Virus record (IMG/VR): IMGVR_UViG_3300028595_000017
Coordinates: 1-52,293 of that record
DNA length: 52,293 bases
Strand: one strand, 5' to 3'
DNA from: a virus
Taxonomy: Duplodnaviria; Caudoviricetes
In this document: piece after piece, positions 1-9,208 of the stretch
Layout: each line of letters begins with the position of its first letter
Numbering within the stretch: position 1 is the stretch's first letter
The notes under the pieces: model-generated
What the model was told of the DNA's origin: nothing
What the model saw: the letters and a program-made list of their open reading frames with translations, nothing else
The model's database searches: none
Position numbers and translations under genes: made by a program

Positions 1-139
1 ATAACGTTAGAGGATATAAGATGCGTACTGAAACTATTACACAAATATTAGTCGTATGGTTACTTTGTGGATTTATTTTTTTATCTTATATAATCTATGA
101 TTTTAAACAAAGTATAAATCAAACTATCATAGAAAAGTT
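1..139. repeat. Terminal overlap, left copy (circular assembly junction)
   Basis: 1-139 matches 52153-52293 except GGATATAAG (left) vs GGATATATAAG (right). Confidence 0.95.
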
Positions 140-233
140 AAAGGTTGAATATATTCCTTTAACTACTAAAGATTTTAGTAAACCAATACAATTTTTTGGT
201 GAAAAGGAGTCTACTAAAGATGGAAAACATTAA
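21..233 (+). CDS. Small single-TM membrane protein, possibly lysis-associated
   Basis: GAGGA SD; N-terminal hydrophobic helix ILVVWLLCGFIFLSYIIY; follows the endolysin across the circular junction. Confidence 0.6.
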   Translation: MRTETITQILVVWLLCGFIFLSYIIYDFKQSINQTIIEKLKVEYIPLTTKDFSKPIQFFGEKESTKDGKH

Positions 234-657
234 TGTATTTGGAGCGTGTTTTTCCCTAGTCGCCGCTATTTTACTAGCGGGTTTTAAAGAAAATATTGGT
301 AATGCTTTCCGGGCATTGAGTACTAAGTATCGTAACAATGTCATTGAAGGTAATTTTTATTGGGCGAAAAATACCAACACCGGTGAGAGTGAACCGGTTT
401 TAGCTGGTAAAGAAGTTGTTTCATTGGGTGCTGGAGCCGGCATTCATGTGTTTCTTTTAGAACATGATATGAGGAAACGTAATATTCCCTGGTCGCTTTC
501 TAAAGTTTATCTATTTGAATCAATGTCGCAAAAAGAAATAGATATAATTAAAACAGGCGATTTTAATGTGATAAGCGGGAAAGTATTAGCGTGCGATACA
601 GCACAATATTCAACTAAAAATGGGAAAGATTACGTTGCTGATTTGAAAACTGCATAA
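220..657 (+). CDS. Membrane-anchored hypothetical protein
   Basis: ATG at 220 with AAGGAG SD preferred over GTG at 196; N-terminal hydrophobic segment VFGACFSLVAAILLAGF. Confidence 0.65.
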   Translation: MENINVFGACFSLVAAILLAGFKENIGNAFRALSTKYRNNVIEGNFYWAKNTNTGESEPVLAGKEVVSLGAGAGIHVFLLEHDMRKRNIPWSLSKVYLFESMSQKEIDIIKTGDFNVISGKVLACDTAQYSTKNGKDYVADLKTA

Positions 658-669
658 TTTATGCAATGA

Positions 670-712
670 AAAAGGCATAAATAAATGCTATGTATTTTTA
701 TTTGTGCCTTTT
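670..712 (+). terminator. Intrinsic terminator-like hairpin
   Basis: AAAAGGCATAAATAAA ... TTTATTTGTGCCTTTT stem directly after the stop at 657. Confidence 0.6.
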
Positions 713-759
713 GTTTACTTTATAACATAAGGCGATATATACATTGTTAGGAGTTATCA

Positions 760-1317
760 ATGGAAGCCTTACGGATTAAAATTTTTTGTACATTGTTGAG
801 TTGGATGATGGCTGTAGTTTTAGCGGTGTTTCAGTTTTTTGGTGAAAACTTATTTCGTATTTTACATTGTTATCTTGAAATTCCATTAATTTTTGTTTGT
901 ATTGTTATTTCTACTTTTTTTAGTGTGCGCTTGTTTTATTTAATGTTCCATCCACTTTTCGCCGTGAATTTTTGGGAGTTATTTTTTAAATTCACAGTTG
1001 TAACTGCAATATTAATCGCAAATATTAAGTTTCCGATTTTTTATTATGAGTGGATTATAAGTGCGCTTTATAATTCAATAGATATTAAAAGTGACCAATT
1101 ATGGCTGTTAATCGAAACAGCTATACAAACATATCAGATTTGGTTCTGTCTTGATTGTTATATCGATATTGAAAGAATCGAGTTTGAGTGCTTAGAACGT
1201 CATGTAAAAATAAAGCAATTTGGAAAGTTTGCTATTGAGTTAGATTATTTAAGTGAGGAAAGTGTAAAACGGTTATTAAATAAACAACAAAAAATAAGGT
1301 TATCACAAGGATCGTAA
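760..1317 (+). CDS. Polytopic membrane protein with C-terminal MshEN-like motif (paralog of 1542..2168)
   Basis: AGGAG SD; about 4 hydrophobic helices; QFGKFAIELDYLSEESVKRLLNKQ fits the 24-aa MshEN spacing. Confidence 0.7.
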   Translation: MEALRIKIFCTLLSWMMAVVLAVFQFFGENLFRILHCYLEIPLIFVCIVISTFFSVRLFYLMFHPLFAVNFWELFFKFTVVTAILIANIKFPIFYYEWIISALYNSIDIKSDQLWLLIETAIQTYQIWFCLDCYIDIERIEFECLERHVKIKQFGKFAIELDYLSEESVKRLLNKQQKIRLSQGS

Positions 1318-1319
1318 AA

Positions 1320-1538
1320 ATGGAAATGAGTCGAGAGAGTAAATTAATCAATTTTATAAATGGTTTATATAAAACACTTATCTGGCTTGTATTAATTATT
1401 AATATTATATTGTCAATATTCACGATACGAATACATAAAGAAATGGCTCAAGAGCGTTTATATAAACAAGACAAATTAGAAAATCTTGTAAATGCATTGC
1501 TTGAGAAAAGATTGAAAAAACCATTTAAAGGTGATTAA
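1320..1538 (+). CDS. Small single-TM protein with basic C-terminus (holin/spanin-like candidate)
   Basis: TM segment LIWLVLIINIILSIFTI followed by a charged helix; tightly packed between the two paralogs. Confidence 0.55.
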   Translation: MEMSRESKLINFINGLYKTLIWLVLIINIILSIFTIRIHKEMAQERLYKQDKLENLVNALLEKRLKKPFKGD

Positions 1539-1541
1539 GTC

Positions 1542-2168
1542 ATGTTTAGAAAATATGTAGATTCAAAAGTTGAGTTTTTATTTATTGTACTGCATGATAG
1601 TTTAGGCCAATTGTTGGCTACAATCATTGCTGTATATTCACTGGTGTTTATATTCTGGGGCGATAATATCTTTCGAATTGTTTTGCTGTATATGGAATTA
1701 GTCATAGGATTTACATCTTTATTTATAGGTATGTTAATTTCTTTATATGCAGTGCATTTACTTTTATTTTATTACGGACGATTGAACGGCCAAAAGAATG
1801 AAGTTGTTTTTAAAGGCTGCATGTGTTTTGTTGGCTGTTTGATTTCTTGTTTTTTCATTGGTTTGATTTGGGATTGGCTTGCGTCTGTTTATTATACAGT
1901 CATTGCAGCGCCTGTGGATATGAAGTGGTTTTTATGGGAATTTTTTGCAATGCATACAGTGTTGTTAACTCAAATTGATAATTTTAGTGACTTATATCAA
2001 ATAGATCTCAAAACAGAACCTGATTTTGATGTCCCTGCAATTGGCCAATTAGCTTTAGCAGAAGGATTATTAAACGAATTACAAATCAAGCATATAGAAC
2101 GCCAACAATATTTTTGGAAGAGGCGTGCATTTAAAAGGCTTATGTCTCAAAGCAATAAATATAAATAA
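1542..2168 (+). CDS. Polytopic membrane protein with C-terminal MshEN-like motif (paralog of 760..1317)
   Basis: FWGDNIFRI aligns with FFGENLFRI of 760..1317; C-terminal AIGQLALAEGLLNELQIKHIERQQ. Confidence 0.7.
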   Translation: MFRKYVDSKVEFLFIVLHDSLGQLLATIIAVYSLVFIFWGDNIFRIVLLYMELVIGFTSLFIGMLISLYAVHLLLFYYGRLNGQKNEVVFKGCMCFVGCLISCFFIGLIWDWLASVYYTVIAAPVDMKWFLWEFFAMHTVLLTQIDNFSDLYQIDLKTEPDFDVPAIGQLALAEGLLNELQIKHIERQQYFWKRRAFKRLMSQSNKYK

Positions 2169-2181
2169 GCATGGATTAACT

Positions 2182-3810
2182 ATGAGTAAAACAATAGATA
2201 AAAAAACTGTGGTTAAAAAAGCTAATGAAAATTTTGCGTTCTTTTGTTTCTTTTTTTATGAAGATGAATTTAGAAGGGAGTTTCACAGTCATCAATTAGA
2301 AATAATTAAAGCTCTTTTAATAACAGATTTAAATTTTATAAATATTGTAGCTCCTAGAGGTACCGGTAAAACTACTATTATTAAAAATTTTATTCGTTGG
2401 AATATTATGCGGCGGACAGCTCGATGTGTTGTGTATATTACAGATGCTGCAGCTACAGCAATAGATCGAACAGAGTCAATAAAAAAAGGTATTATAGAAA
2501 ATTCGAGAATTTTGGAATATTATGGCGATATTGTATCAGAGAATGTGTCAGCTAGGACCGGAAAAATTCAACAACTCGGTAAAGAGGTTTATAAATTATT
2601 AGATACTGTTGTTTTCCCGAAAGGGCGTAATCAACAAGTTCGAGGTACATTAGGCGATGGTTATCGACCAGATTTAATTGTTTGCGATGATGCTATTAAA
2701 AAAGATGCTTATAAATCAGAGACTCAGCGATTAAAATTTATTGCTTGGTTTAATTCGGATGTCATACATTGTCACGATGAACAAGAAACAAATTATCGTT
2801 ATTTTTATATTGATACATTGAAACATCCAGATGGCTTGATGGCGCATTTAATGGCTAATCCTATGTGGCACACTGTTCATATAGAAGCTTTTGACGATAA
2901 TTTTAAAACAACAGATTCAAAATTCTTATCACAGAAACGAATTGATGAAAAAGTTGCTTCTGCTAGAATGGACAATACGCTTCCAGAGTTGATTTTAGAA
3001 TATCGTGGAATGCAGACTTCAGAAGATACAGATATTCAATTTAATTATGCAGTCGATAAAGGGGCTTATTGTGCATTATGTAAAAAAGATCTTTTGAATA
3101 ATATAGTTGAAACTGATATTAATTTAGATTATAGAACAGCAATAACATTTATTTTATGTGATCCTGCTAGAACTGTGGGCGCTAAATCAGCTGAATCAGC
3201 TGTGATCGCGGTATCGTTTTTTCAAGCTGAAGGTGTGATAGTTATTAGAGATTCAATAGGTATTAAAGTTAAACCAGATGATCTTTATGATATGATGTTT
3301 GATTTTGCTGATAAGTATAATGCTTCATATCTAGGCGTTGAAACAAACGGCGTTGAATTATTTATTTCACAGCCGATAGAAAATAGAATAGCACTTGAAA
3401 ATAGAACAATTGAATACATACCTTTAAGAGCTGTTGGCGGTAAAGAAAGTGATGATGCTAAAATAGCTAGAATAAAACCATTATTTCCTTTATATAATAG
3501 AGGAATAATATACCACATTATAAATAAATGCAATCGATTAGAAACACAATTACTAGCTTTTCCGTATCCTTCAAAATGGGATTTAGCTGATGCGGCATCT
3601 TATATAAATGCTATAATGAAGAAACAAGAATTAGTTTCAATGCCGATGGAAATGGCGCCGCCTGCACCTGATTTAGATTATTTAGAAAAATTATATGAAG
3701 CTCTTGGTGGGCGAGTTGCTTTACCAGAGTATCAAACAAATGTAAATTTTATGAGGAACATTCATTATGGGTTTGGGCAAAGACAAACTATGGAAAATTC
3801 AGTACGGTAG
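2182..3810 (+). CDS. terL: Terminase large subunit
   Basis: Walker A APRGTGKT, Walker B LIVCDD, RNase H-like nuclease motifs CDPA, GVETNG, WDLADA; ATG 2182 preferred over GTG 2125. Confidence 0.92.
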   Translation: MSKTIDKKTVVKKANENFAFFCFFFYEDEFRREFHSHQLEIIKALLITDLNFINIVAPRGTGKTTIIKNFIRWNIMRRTARCVVYITDAAATAIDRTESIKKGIIENSRILEYYGDIVSENVSARTGKIQQLGKEVYKLLDTVVFPKGRNQQVRGTLGDGYRPDLIVCDDAIKKDAYKSETQRLKFIAWFNSDVIHCHDEQETNYRYFYIDTLKHPDGLMAHLMANPMWHTVHIEAFDDNFKTTDSKFLSQKRIDEKVASARMDNTLPELILEYRGMQTSEDTDIQFNYAVDKGAYCALCKKDLLNNIVETDINLDYRTAITFILCDPARTVGAKSAESAVIAVSFFQAEGVIVIRDSIGIKVKPDDLYDMMFDFADKYNASYLGVETNGVELFISQPIENRIALENRTIEYIPLRAVGGKESDDAKIARIKPLFPLYNRGIIYHIINKCNRLETQLLAFPYPSKWDLADAASYINAIMKKQELVSMPMEMAPPAPDLDYLEKLYEALGGRVALPEYQTNVNFMRNIHYGFGQRQTMENSVR

Positions 3811-5584
3811 CGATAAGCATAAGAAAATTTTGAATATGCTTAAACGGCATATTGATGAATCACGTGGTTTAATGCGAAATCGCATACCTATCTGGAGGGA
3901 TGCAGATGCTTTAATGCAAGCACATGTCCCAACAGCGGATGTAGATCTTGCCGTTAAATACAGTAAGAAAAAAGATGATGGGAAGATTCATGCAGTAGAT
4001 ATATTATTTCCATATTCATATGTTGCAGTGGAGGTTTTATTAGCTCAGTTAGTGAATTTGATGTATTCACGTAAACCTTTGTTCGGCTATCATCATTTTC
4101 ACACAGAGCATCAAGCTGCTACTAAACTTATGGAACGAATAATCCAACAACAAGTTGAACAAAGTGGTTTGTTTTTGGATTTGACCACTTCTGTTAGAGA
4201 TAGCTTAAAATATGATTTTGGCGCAATGCTGGGTAGTTGGGAAATACGTCTTAATTCTAGAAATAATGTTCAGTATCAAGGAACTTCTACTAAGTCTATA
4301 GATCCATATTTATCTATTGTTGACTTTGAAGCTGTTTCAAATCAGCAAACACCTGCTTATTTTGGTTTTTATCATAAAATTCGTTTGTTAGATTTATGGC
4401 GAGATAATAAACTTTATAATTTAAAACATGTGAAAGAATTGATGGATAAAGGTCAAGGATTAACTATAGGACCTCCGTATCAAAGAAAGTCGCCACAATC
4501 TTATTATAAAAATAAAGATTCGACAGTTACGCCGTTTCTGGCTAAAGGAACTAATTTGGAATCCACAAAACAATTGTGGCAAATTCATATAGTAGCTGAT
4601 TTTATTCCAAGTATGGAGGGTTTGGGAAGTTCTACTAAACCTGAGCGTTATTATTTTATAATTGTGCGTGATGTTATTGTTTATGCTCAAAAAATGGATG
4701 TTAATGAAGAGTTTCCAGCTTTTATATTCAATCCTATTACAGATGGACATCGTGTTTTAGGCCAATCTTATACTTCTTTAATAAGTGGCCAACAGTTTGT
4801 GATGAATACTCTAATGCATACACATATATTTAATTTGATTAATGCTGTTGAACAAATACTTATATATGATCCATGGGTTATAAACAAAACATATTTAGAG
4901 GCGCCAGGCCCTAAAAAGATTCCTACTATAAAACCTATGCAAGGAAAACCTTTGCATAATTCGATTTTTCAAGTTCCTATAAGCGATATTACAGCGCGAA
5001 ATATGCAGGAAGCTATGACAGTTAAAGGTTTTGCTGATATGATTACTGGCACAAATACTATGGGTGGTTTTATTAGATCTAGCGGACCTGAGCGTTTGAC
5101 TGGGCAAGAATATAGCGGACAACAACAAGGGACTATGCAACGAATAAATCTGATATATTTAAATATTATATATCAAGTTTTGAAACCTTTAGCAGAATTT
5201 TTTGCTGAAAATTTGATTAATAAATTAGATAGAACAATTCCGGTAGCTGTTGGCGATGAGATAGATTTAGACCTACTTGTTAATAAAGAGGTTTTGGATA
5301 TAGATTATAGAGTTGCTATTAATTTACCTAACACTGCGCCAGATAAAATTGAGATGGTTTATAAAGATTTGTTTCAAATGTTAGCGCAAAATCCTGGTTT
5401 AAGTCAACATTTTAATATTGTGGAAGTTTTTAAACATTTGTTAATAACTTTTGGGGCTGAAGAACATAATTTATCACGCTTTATTATAACACCTAAAGCT
5501 ATTACTGACGAAGATTTACAGGAAAATCCTGCTGCTATGTCTTTAGAAAACGCAGCAGCTGCAAGAATGCAAGAAGGGGGTTAA
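3767..5584 (+). CDS. Portal protein (podovirus type)
   Basis: 605 aa directly after terL; helical pattern and RLTGQEY segment resembling the R-TAxE region of P22/T7-type portals. Confidence 0.8.
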   Translation: MGLGKDKLWKIQYGSDKHKKILNMLKRHIDESRGLMRNRIPIWRDADALMQAHVPTADVDLAVKYSKKKDDGKIHAVDILFPYSYVAVEVLLAQLVNLMYSRKPLFGYHHFHTEHQAATKLMERIIQQQVEQSGLFLDLTTSVRDSLKYDFGAMLGSWEIRLNSRNNVQYQGTSTKSIDPYLSIVDFEAVSNQQTPAYFGFYHKIRLLDLWRDNKLYNLKHVKELMDKGQGLTIGPPYQRKSPQSYYKNKDSTVTPFLAKGTNLESTKQLWQIHIVADFIPSMEGLGSSTKPERYYFIIVRDVIVYAQKMDVNEEFPAFIFNPITDGHRVLGQSYTSLISGQQFVMNTLMHTHIFNLINAVEQILIYDPWVINKTYLEAPGPKKIPTIKPMQGKPLHNSIFQVPISDITARNMQEAMTVKGFADMITGTNTMGGFIRSSGPERLTGQEYSGQQQGTMQRINLIYLNIIYQVLKPLAEFFAENLINKLDRTIPVAVGDEIDLDLLVNKEVLDIDYRVAINLPNTAPDKIEMVYKDLFQMLAQNPGLSQHFNIVEVFKHLLITFGAEEHNLSRFIITPKAITDEDLQENPAAMSLENAAAARMQEGG

Positions 5585-5585
5585 A

Positions 5586-5786
5586 ATGGCTGGTGTATTA
5601 TTTAATGAAAATGATGTAACTGATTATGTTAAAGCACTTGAAGGATATTTTAGAGAACGAATAAATGAACGGCAAAGTGCAATTTTTGATGATGACGATA
5701 TGGATTTGCAAACTTTGTATGTTGCCAAAGGTTATGTTAATGCGTTAGAAGAAGCTATTACTTCTTTATACGCTATAACGAATTAG
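5586..5786 (+). CDS. Small portal-adjacent hypothetical protein
   Basis: 66 aa acidic helical ORF in the position typical of podovirus post-portal genes. Confidence 0.65.
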   Translation: MAGVLFNENDVTDYVKALEGYFRERINERQSAIFDDDDMDLQTLYVAKGYVNALEEAITSLYAITN

Positions 5787-5807
5787 TAAGGTTATTTTTT
5801 AACCTTA
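5787..5807. promoter_or_regulatory. Genome-wide 21-bp double-palindrome site
   Basis: TAAGGTTA-TTTTT-TAACCTTA, a perfect inverted repeat just upstream of the scaffold SD. Confidence 0.75.
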
Positions 5808-5828
5808 GTTTAAAGGAGGTCTTAACTT

Positions 5829-6548
5829 ATGGATGAAAAGGAAAAATTAGCTTTAAAAAAGAAGGAAGAAGCGGAAGCAGCCAAAAAAGCTGCGGAAGTT
5901 AAAGCTGCAGAAAAAGTTAATAAATCTAACCCTGATTTAAACAGTGCTGAGGCTGTACTTACAGCTTTACTGCAGCAAACTTTGAAAAAAGAAGAAGATT
6001 CTGATGATTCTGAAGATTCCGATGATTCAGATAAAGAATCTGATGAGAATGAAAATGCTGAAGAAACAGAGAGTGCAGATGTCAAAAAGAATACTCAGCC
6101 AAATAAAAATGAAGATAAATCCAAAGATACAAATGTAGATAACGCACAAGATTTGAATCAAGATTGGGCTAATATGATTGGCATCGATTCTTCTAAACCC
6201 AATAACCCAGCTTTCAATAACATGATGAACAAGTTTGGTTCAGCTTTGAATATAACTATACAAACAAGTATAGCTCAACAATTGCCTCTTTTAGTGGCAG
6301 ATGTTGTTAAAAGTCTGGAAGCTGAACGTGCTGCGCGTGCCAAAATTGTCGAAGAGTTGGGTTTAGACCCTAAAGTACACGGTTCTGGAGTAGAACATTT
6401 AATGAGCATGTTTTCGAGTGCTGGGGTTAAGCATAAAGATATACCAGAAAAAATTCGCGGTTTTTTAACCTCGGTTGAAACTATTGTTAAGAAAAAAGAT
6501 GGCGCAGGGGCTGCTAATAGTGTGGCTCCATTTTTAGCCAGAAAATAA
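5829..6548 (+). CDS. Capsid scaffolding protein (putative)
   Basis: AAAGGAGG SD; low-complexity acidic N-half (DSDDSEDSDDSD), helical C-half; directly upstream of the capsid gene. Confidence 0.7.
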   Translation: MDEKEKLALKKKEEAEAAKKAAEVKAAEKVNKSNPDLNSAEAVLTALLQQTLKKEEDSDDSEDSDDSDKESDENENAEETESADVKKNTQPNKNEDKSKDTNVDNAQDLNQDWANMIGIDSSKPNNPAFNNMMNKFGSALNITIQTSIAQQLPLLVADVVKSLEAERAARAKIVEELGLDPKVHGSGVEHLMSMFSSAGVKHKDIPEKIRGFLTSVETIVKKKDGAGAANSVAPFLARK

Positions 6549-6559
6549 GGAGGTAACAA

Positions 6560-8113
6560 ATGAACCATTGGTCATTAATAGATACGTTTCATAAAGACGT
6601 AATCTTGACAACAAGTGGACAATTTCAAGAAGAAGGCTACATGCCTTCTGATTATTTAGAGGCTGTGTATTTACATAAACCTCAAAATCACATCATCACA
6701 GCGATTGTCGCTAGTTTGGGTGGATCAAAGTCTTTCGATAATTTAACTATTGAATGGTCTGAAGAATCTGAAAGACGCTATCATTGTCATGTAGATAAAA
6801 TGATTGTGCCAGATGTGCCAAGTGCTCAACCGTCTTCACCTGAGGGTGTATATGGAAACTTTTGGACTTATGATGTCAATGACTTAGGTAATGCTACTAC
6901 CACTTTAACAAGAAACGGTACTGTGATAGGCTTGACTGCCAACGACAATGTGTACTTAGATCATTATCGCCCTGGCATGACTGTTGCATTAATGTGCAGT
7001 AATAATATCGCAGAGATTGCCATAGGCCGTGTGCGCCAAATTTTACCAAAGGGATCATCAGCCGCTTTGCCAGACAAAACAGTTTTAGTTGTAATGCTGC
7101 CAGAGGGGATTTCTTTTGAATTTATCAAGCATATTTCAGAATTCACATTAGCCGGCGGTGAAGTTTCTGAATATTCAGATCGATTAACTGGTGCTTCAAG
7201 TCGTCCTCGTTTATTTCGAAATACGATTGGTATTTTACGTCAAGACAACCAGCAATCGCACACAGCATTAAAACTCAATCCTCGGTATGTTAGAAATGGG
7301 GACGATGCTTTACTGCAAGATGTGTCTACCAAATTAGCTGATATGGTTGAAAATTATTGGATTTTCTCAAAACATTATATTGGTGAAGATCCTTTAACCG
7401 GCAATCCAATTCGTAAGCCAGCTGGATTATTACAAGGCGTTTTTAATATGGATGGGCATTTTCCAACAGGTGGACATATCATAGACATGCGTGCTCATCT
7501 ACCCACGAATGGCACATTTGTTGATCATGGACTGGATGCTTTTGATAATATTGCAACAGAATTATTTGATCGTATTCCACAAAATGCTCATTTACTTTGT
7601 GGTCCTGGTGTAATAGCTGGTTTTTCAAAGTTAGCCAGAAAAACAGGTGATATGGAAGTTACAACTGATACAACAAAAATTGGTCTACGAATTTCCACTG
7701 TTAGAACATCGCAAGGAACTTTTGAAGCAGTTGCGCATCCTGAATTTGCTAAAACACGCGCTCTTAATCATGCCATGTTTGGTATTGATTTTACACAAAT
7801 GCAAATGTTGAATTATCGCGAAATGAGCTCGTTTATTACTGATGATTTAAAAGTAAGCGGTAAAGACGGTATTTGTGCTACAGCCATCACAGAAATGGGT
7901 TTTCAAATGCAAGGTATATCTTCTTCTGTAGTTTTGTTGAATGTTGGCCTTGATAAGAATCAAACAGTGATACAGTCTGTAAATCAAAATACTTTGTTAA
8001 CAGCGAATGAAGGCGAATTGGATGTTAGCCCAACTATTGTGGAAAATGTGTTTAATACCGCTTTAGAGGGTGTTCCAACGGTAAAAAGCGAGCCAAAAGA
8101 AGTTTTAACTTAA
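6560..8113 (+). CDS. Major capsid protein (HK97 fold, DUF5309/SU10-like)
   Basis: AAGGAGG SD; IEWSEE, FRNTIGILR, GLL and GLRISTVRTSQG..HP patterns typical of this capsid family; gene order. Confidence 0.8.
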   Translation: MNHWSLIDTFHKDVILTTSGQFQEEGYMPSDYLEAVYLHKPQNHIITAIVASLGGSKSFDNLTIEWSEESERRYHCHVDKMIVPDVPSAQPSSPEGVYGNFWTYDVNDLGNATTTLTRNGTVIGLTANDNVYLDHYRPGMTVALMCSNNIAEIAIGRVRQILPKGSSAALPDKTVLVVMLPEGISFEFIKHISEFTLAGGEVSEYSDRLTGASSRPRLFRNTIGILRQDNQQSHTALKLNPRYVRNGDDALLQDVSTKLADMVENYWIFSKHYIGEDPLTGNPIRKPAGLLQGVFNMDGHFPTGGHIIDMRAHLPTNGTFVDHGLDAFDNIATELFDRIPQNAHLLCGPGVIAGFSKLARKTGDMEVTTDTTKIGLRISTVRTSQGTFEAVAHPEFAKTRALNHAMFGIDFTQMQMLNYREMSSFITDDLKVSGKDGICATAITEMGFQMQGISSSVVLLNVGLDKNQTVIQSVNQNTLLTANEGELDVSPTIVENVFNTALEGVPTVKSEPKEVLT

Positions 8114-8126
8114 TTGGAGCATTTTT

Positions 8127-8720
8127 ATGAACTTACGAACCGTTTCTGAAATGGTTTTAGATGAATCTGGAAGAAGCGATATATCTCCGGCAACGCTGAA
8201 TCTTTTTATTAATTCAGCTTGTCGAGATATTTCTACTAGGTGTTTTGCTAATACATATACAGCTACTGATTTACTGCAGTTCAACATTAGTAGTTCGTTA
8301 AAATTTATTTTTAATGATCGCTATCCAGATGTTTTTGCTATTTTAGCTATTTTTACAAGCCAAAAAAAGCAATTAAAAAGAATAAGCCCAGAACAAATGC
8401 CTTTTATACCAGATATAGGTGAACCAGATTCTTATACTATCTGGCCTAAAGTTGGTTCGATTGATTTGAGTTTTAATAAATTACCAACTAATTCTATGAT
8501 GTTATTCGCTTATGTGCAGCAACATCCAGTATTATTACAGTATGAAGATGATACAAATGCATTGGTAACTAATCATACAAATGCTGTTGTGATAGGAACT
8601 TTAAAACAAATAGAGATTTTTAACAGAAATATGGCTGGTGCAAAAGGTTATCAAGAACAATTAGATGCCCATATTAGCAGCATTATTCTTCAGATGGGTA
8701 GGCAAATCATAGAGGTGTAA
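8127..8720 (+). CDS. Head-tail adaptor / tail tubular protein (putative)
   Basis: N-terminal helical ..FINSACRDI, central GEPDSY, DDTNALVTNHTNAVVIG; position after capsid. Confidence 0.65.
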   Translation: MNLRTVSEMVLDESGRSDISPATLNLFINSACRDISTRCFANTYTATDLLQFNISSSLKFIFNDRYPDVFAILAIFTSQKKQLKRISPEQMPFIPDIGEPDSYTIWPKVGSIDLSFNKLPTNSMMLFAYVQQHPVLLQYEDDTNALVTNHTNAVVIGTLKQIEIFNRNMAGAKGYQEQLDAHISSIILQMGRQIIEV

Positions 8721-8722
8721 TA

Positions 8723-9208
8723 ATGAATCAAAGTATTATTACTAGAATCAAATTATTAGAAGCTCAATCTAAGCAAAAATTTGATACTAATGAAAGCGCA
8801 GTCAAAGCATACAAGGAAGCTTCCAATAGTTTTAAAAACCTTCCAACAATTACTATTGAAAAAGAGGTATTTGATAAAGTAGATTTTCGTCTGCCAGTAG
8901 GTTTAGATTTAGTTAGTTTTATTTTAGCTACGGTATCGCCAACTGGCATATATGAAGACCATTCTTTTGTTGTAGATTACATGATTGGAGATAGTAATAC
9001 AACAATTACAGGTCTATTTCATTATAACTCTATCGGTGGAGTTATGGTTAAAACTTTTGGCGCTACTTATGTAAAGAAATATACTATACCAATACGTTTT
9101 ATACATCGAATAGTACTGTCTAACAATAAAATAAACGCGCCTTACATATTTTATGGACTTTTTAACACAAACAACGCTATAACTACTAAGGAGATGACAG
9201 TAATATGA
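8723..9208 (+). CDS. Hypothetical virion protein
   Basis: Coupled ORF in the structural operon. Confidence 0.55.
   Translation: MNQSIITRIKLLEAQSKQKFDTNESAVKAYKEASNSFKNLPTITIEKEVFDKVDFRLPVGLDLVSFILATVSPTGIYEDHSFVVDYMIGDSNTTITGLFHYNSIGGVMVKTFGATYVKKYTIPIRFIHRIVLSNNKINAPYIFYGLFNTNNAITTKEMTVI

Noticed and set aside
21-657. Rz/Rz1 spanin pair after the endolysin
   Set aside because: No convincing lipobox in either ORF; left as generic membrane proteins.
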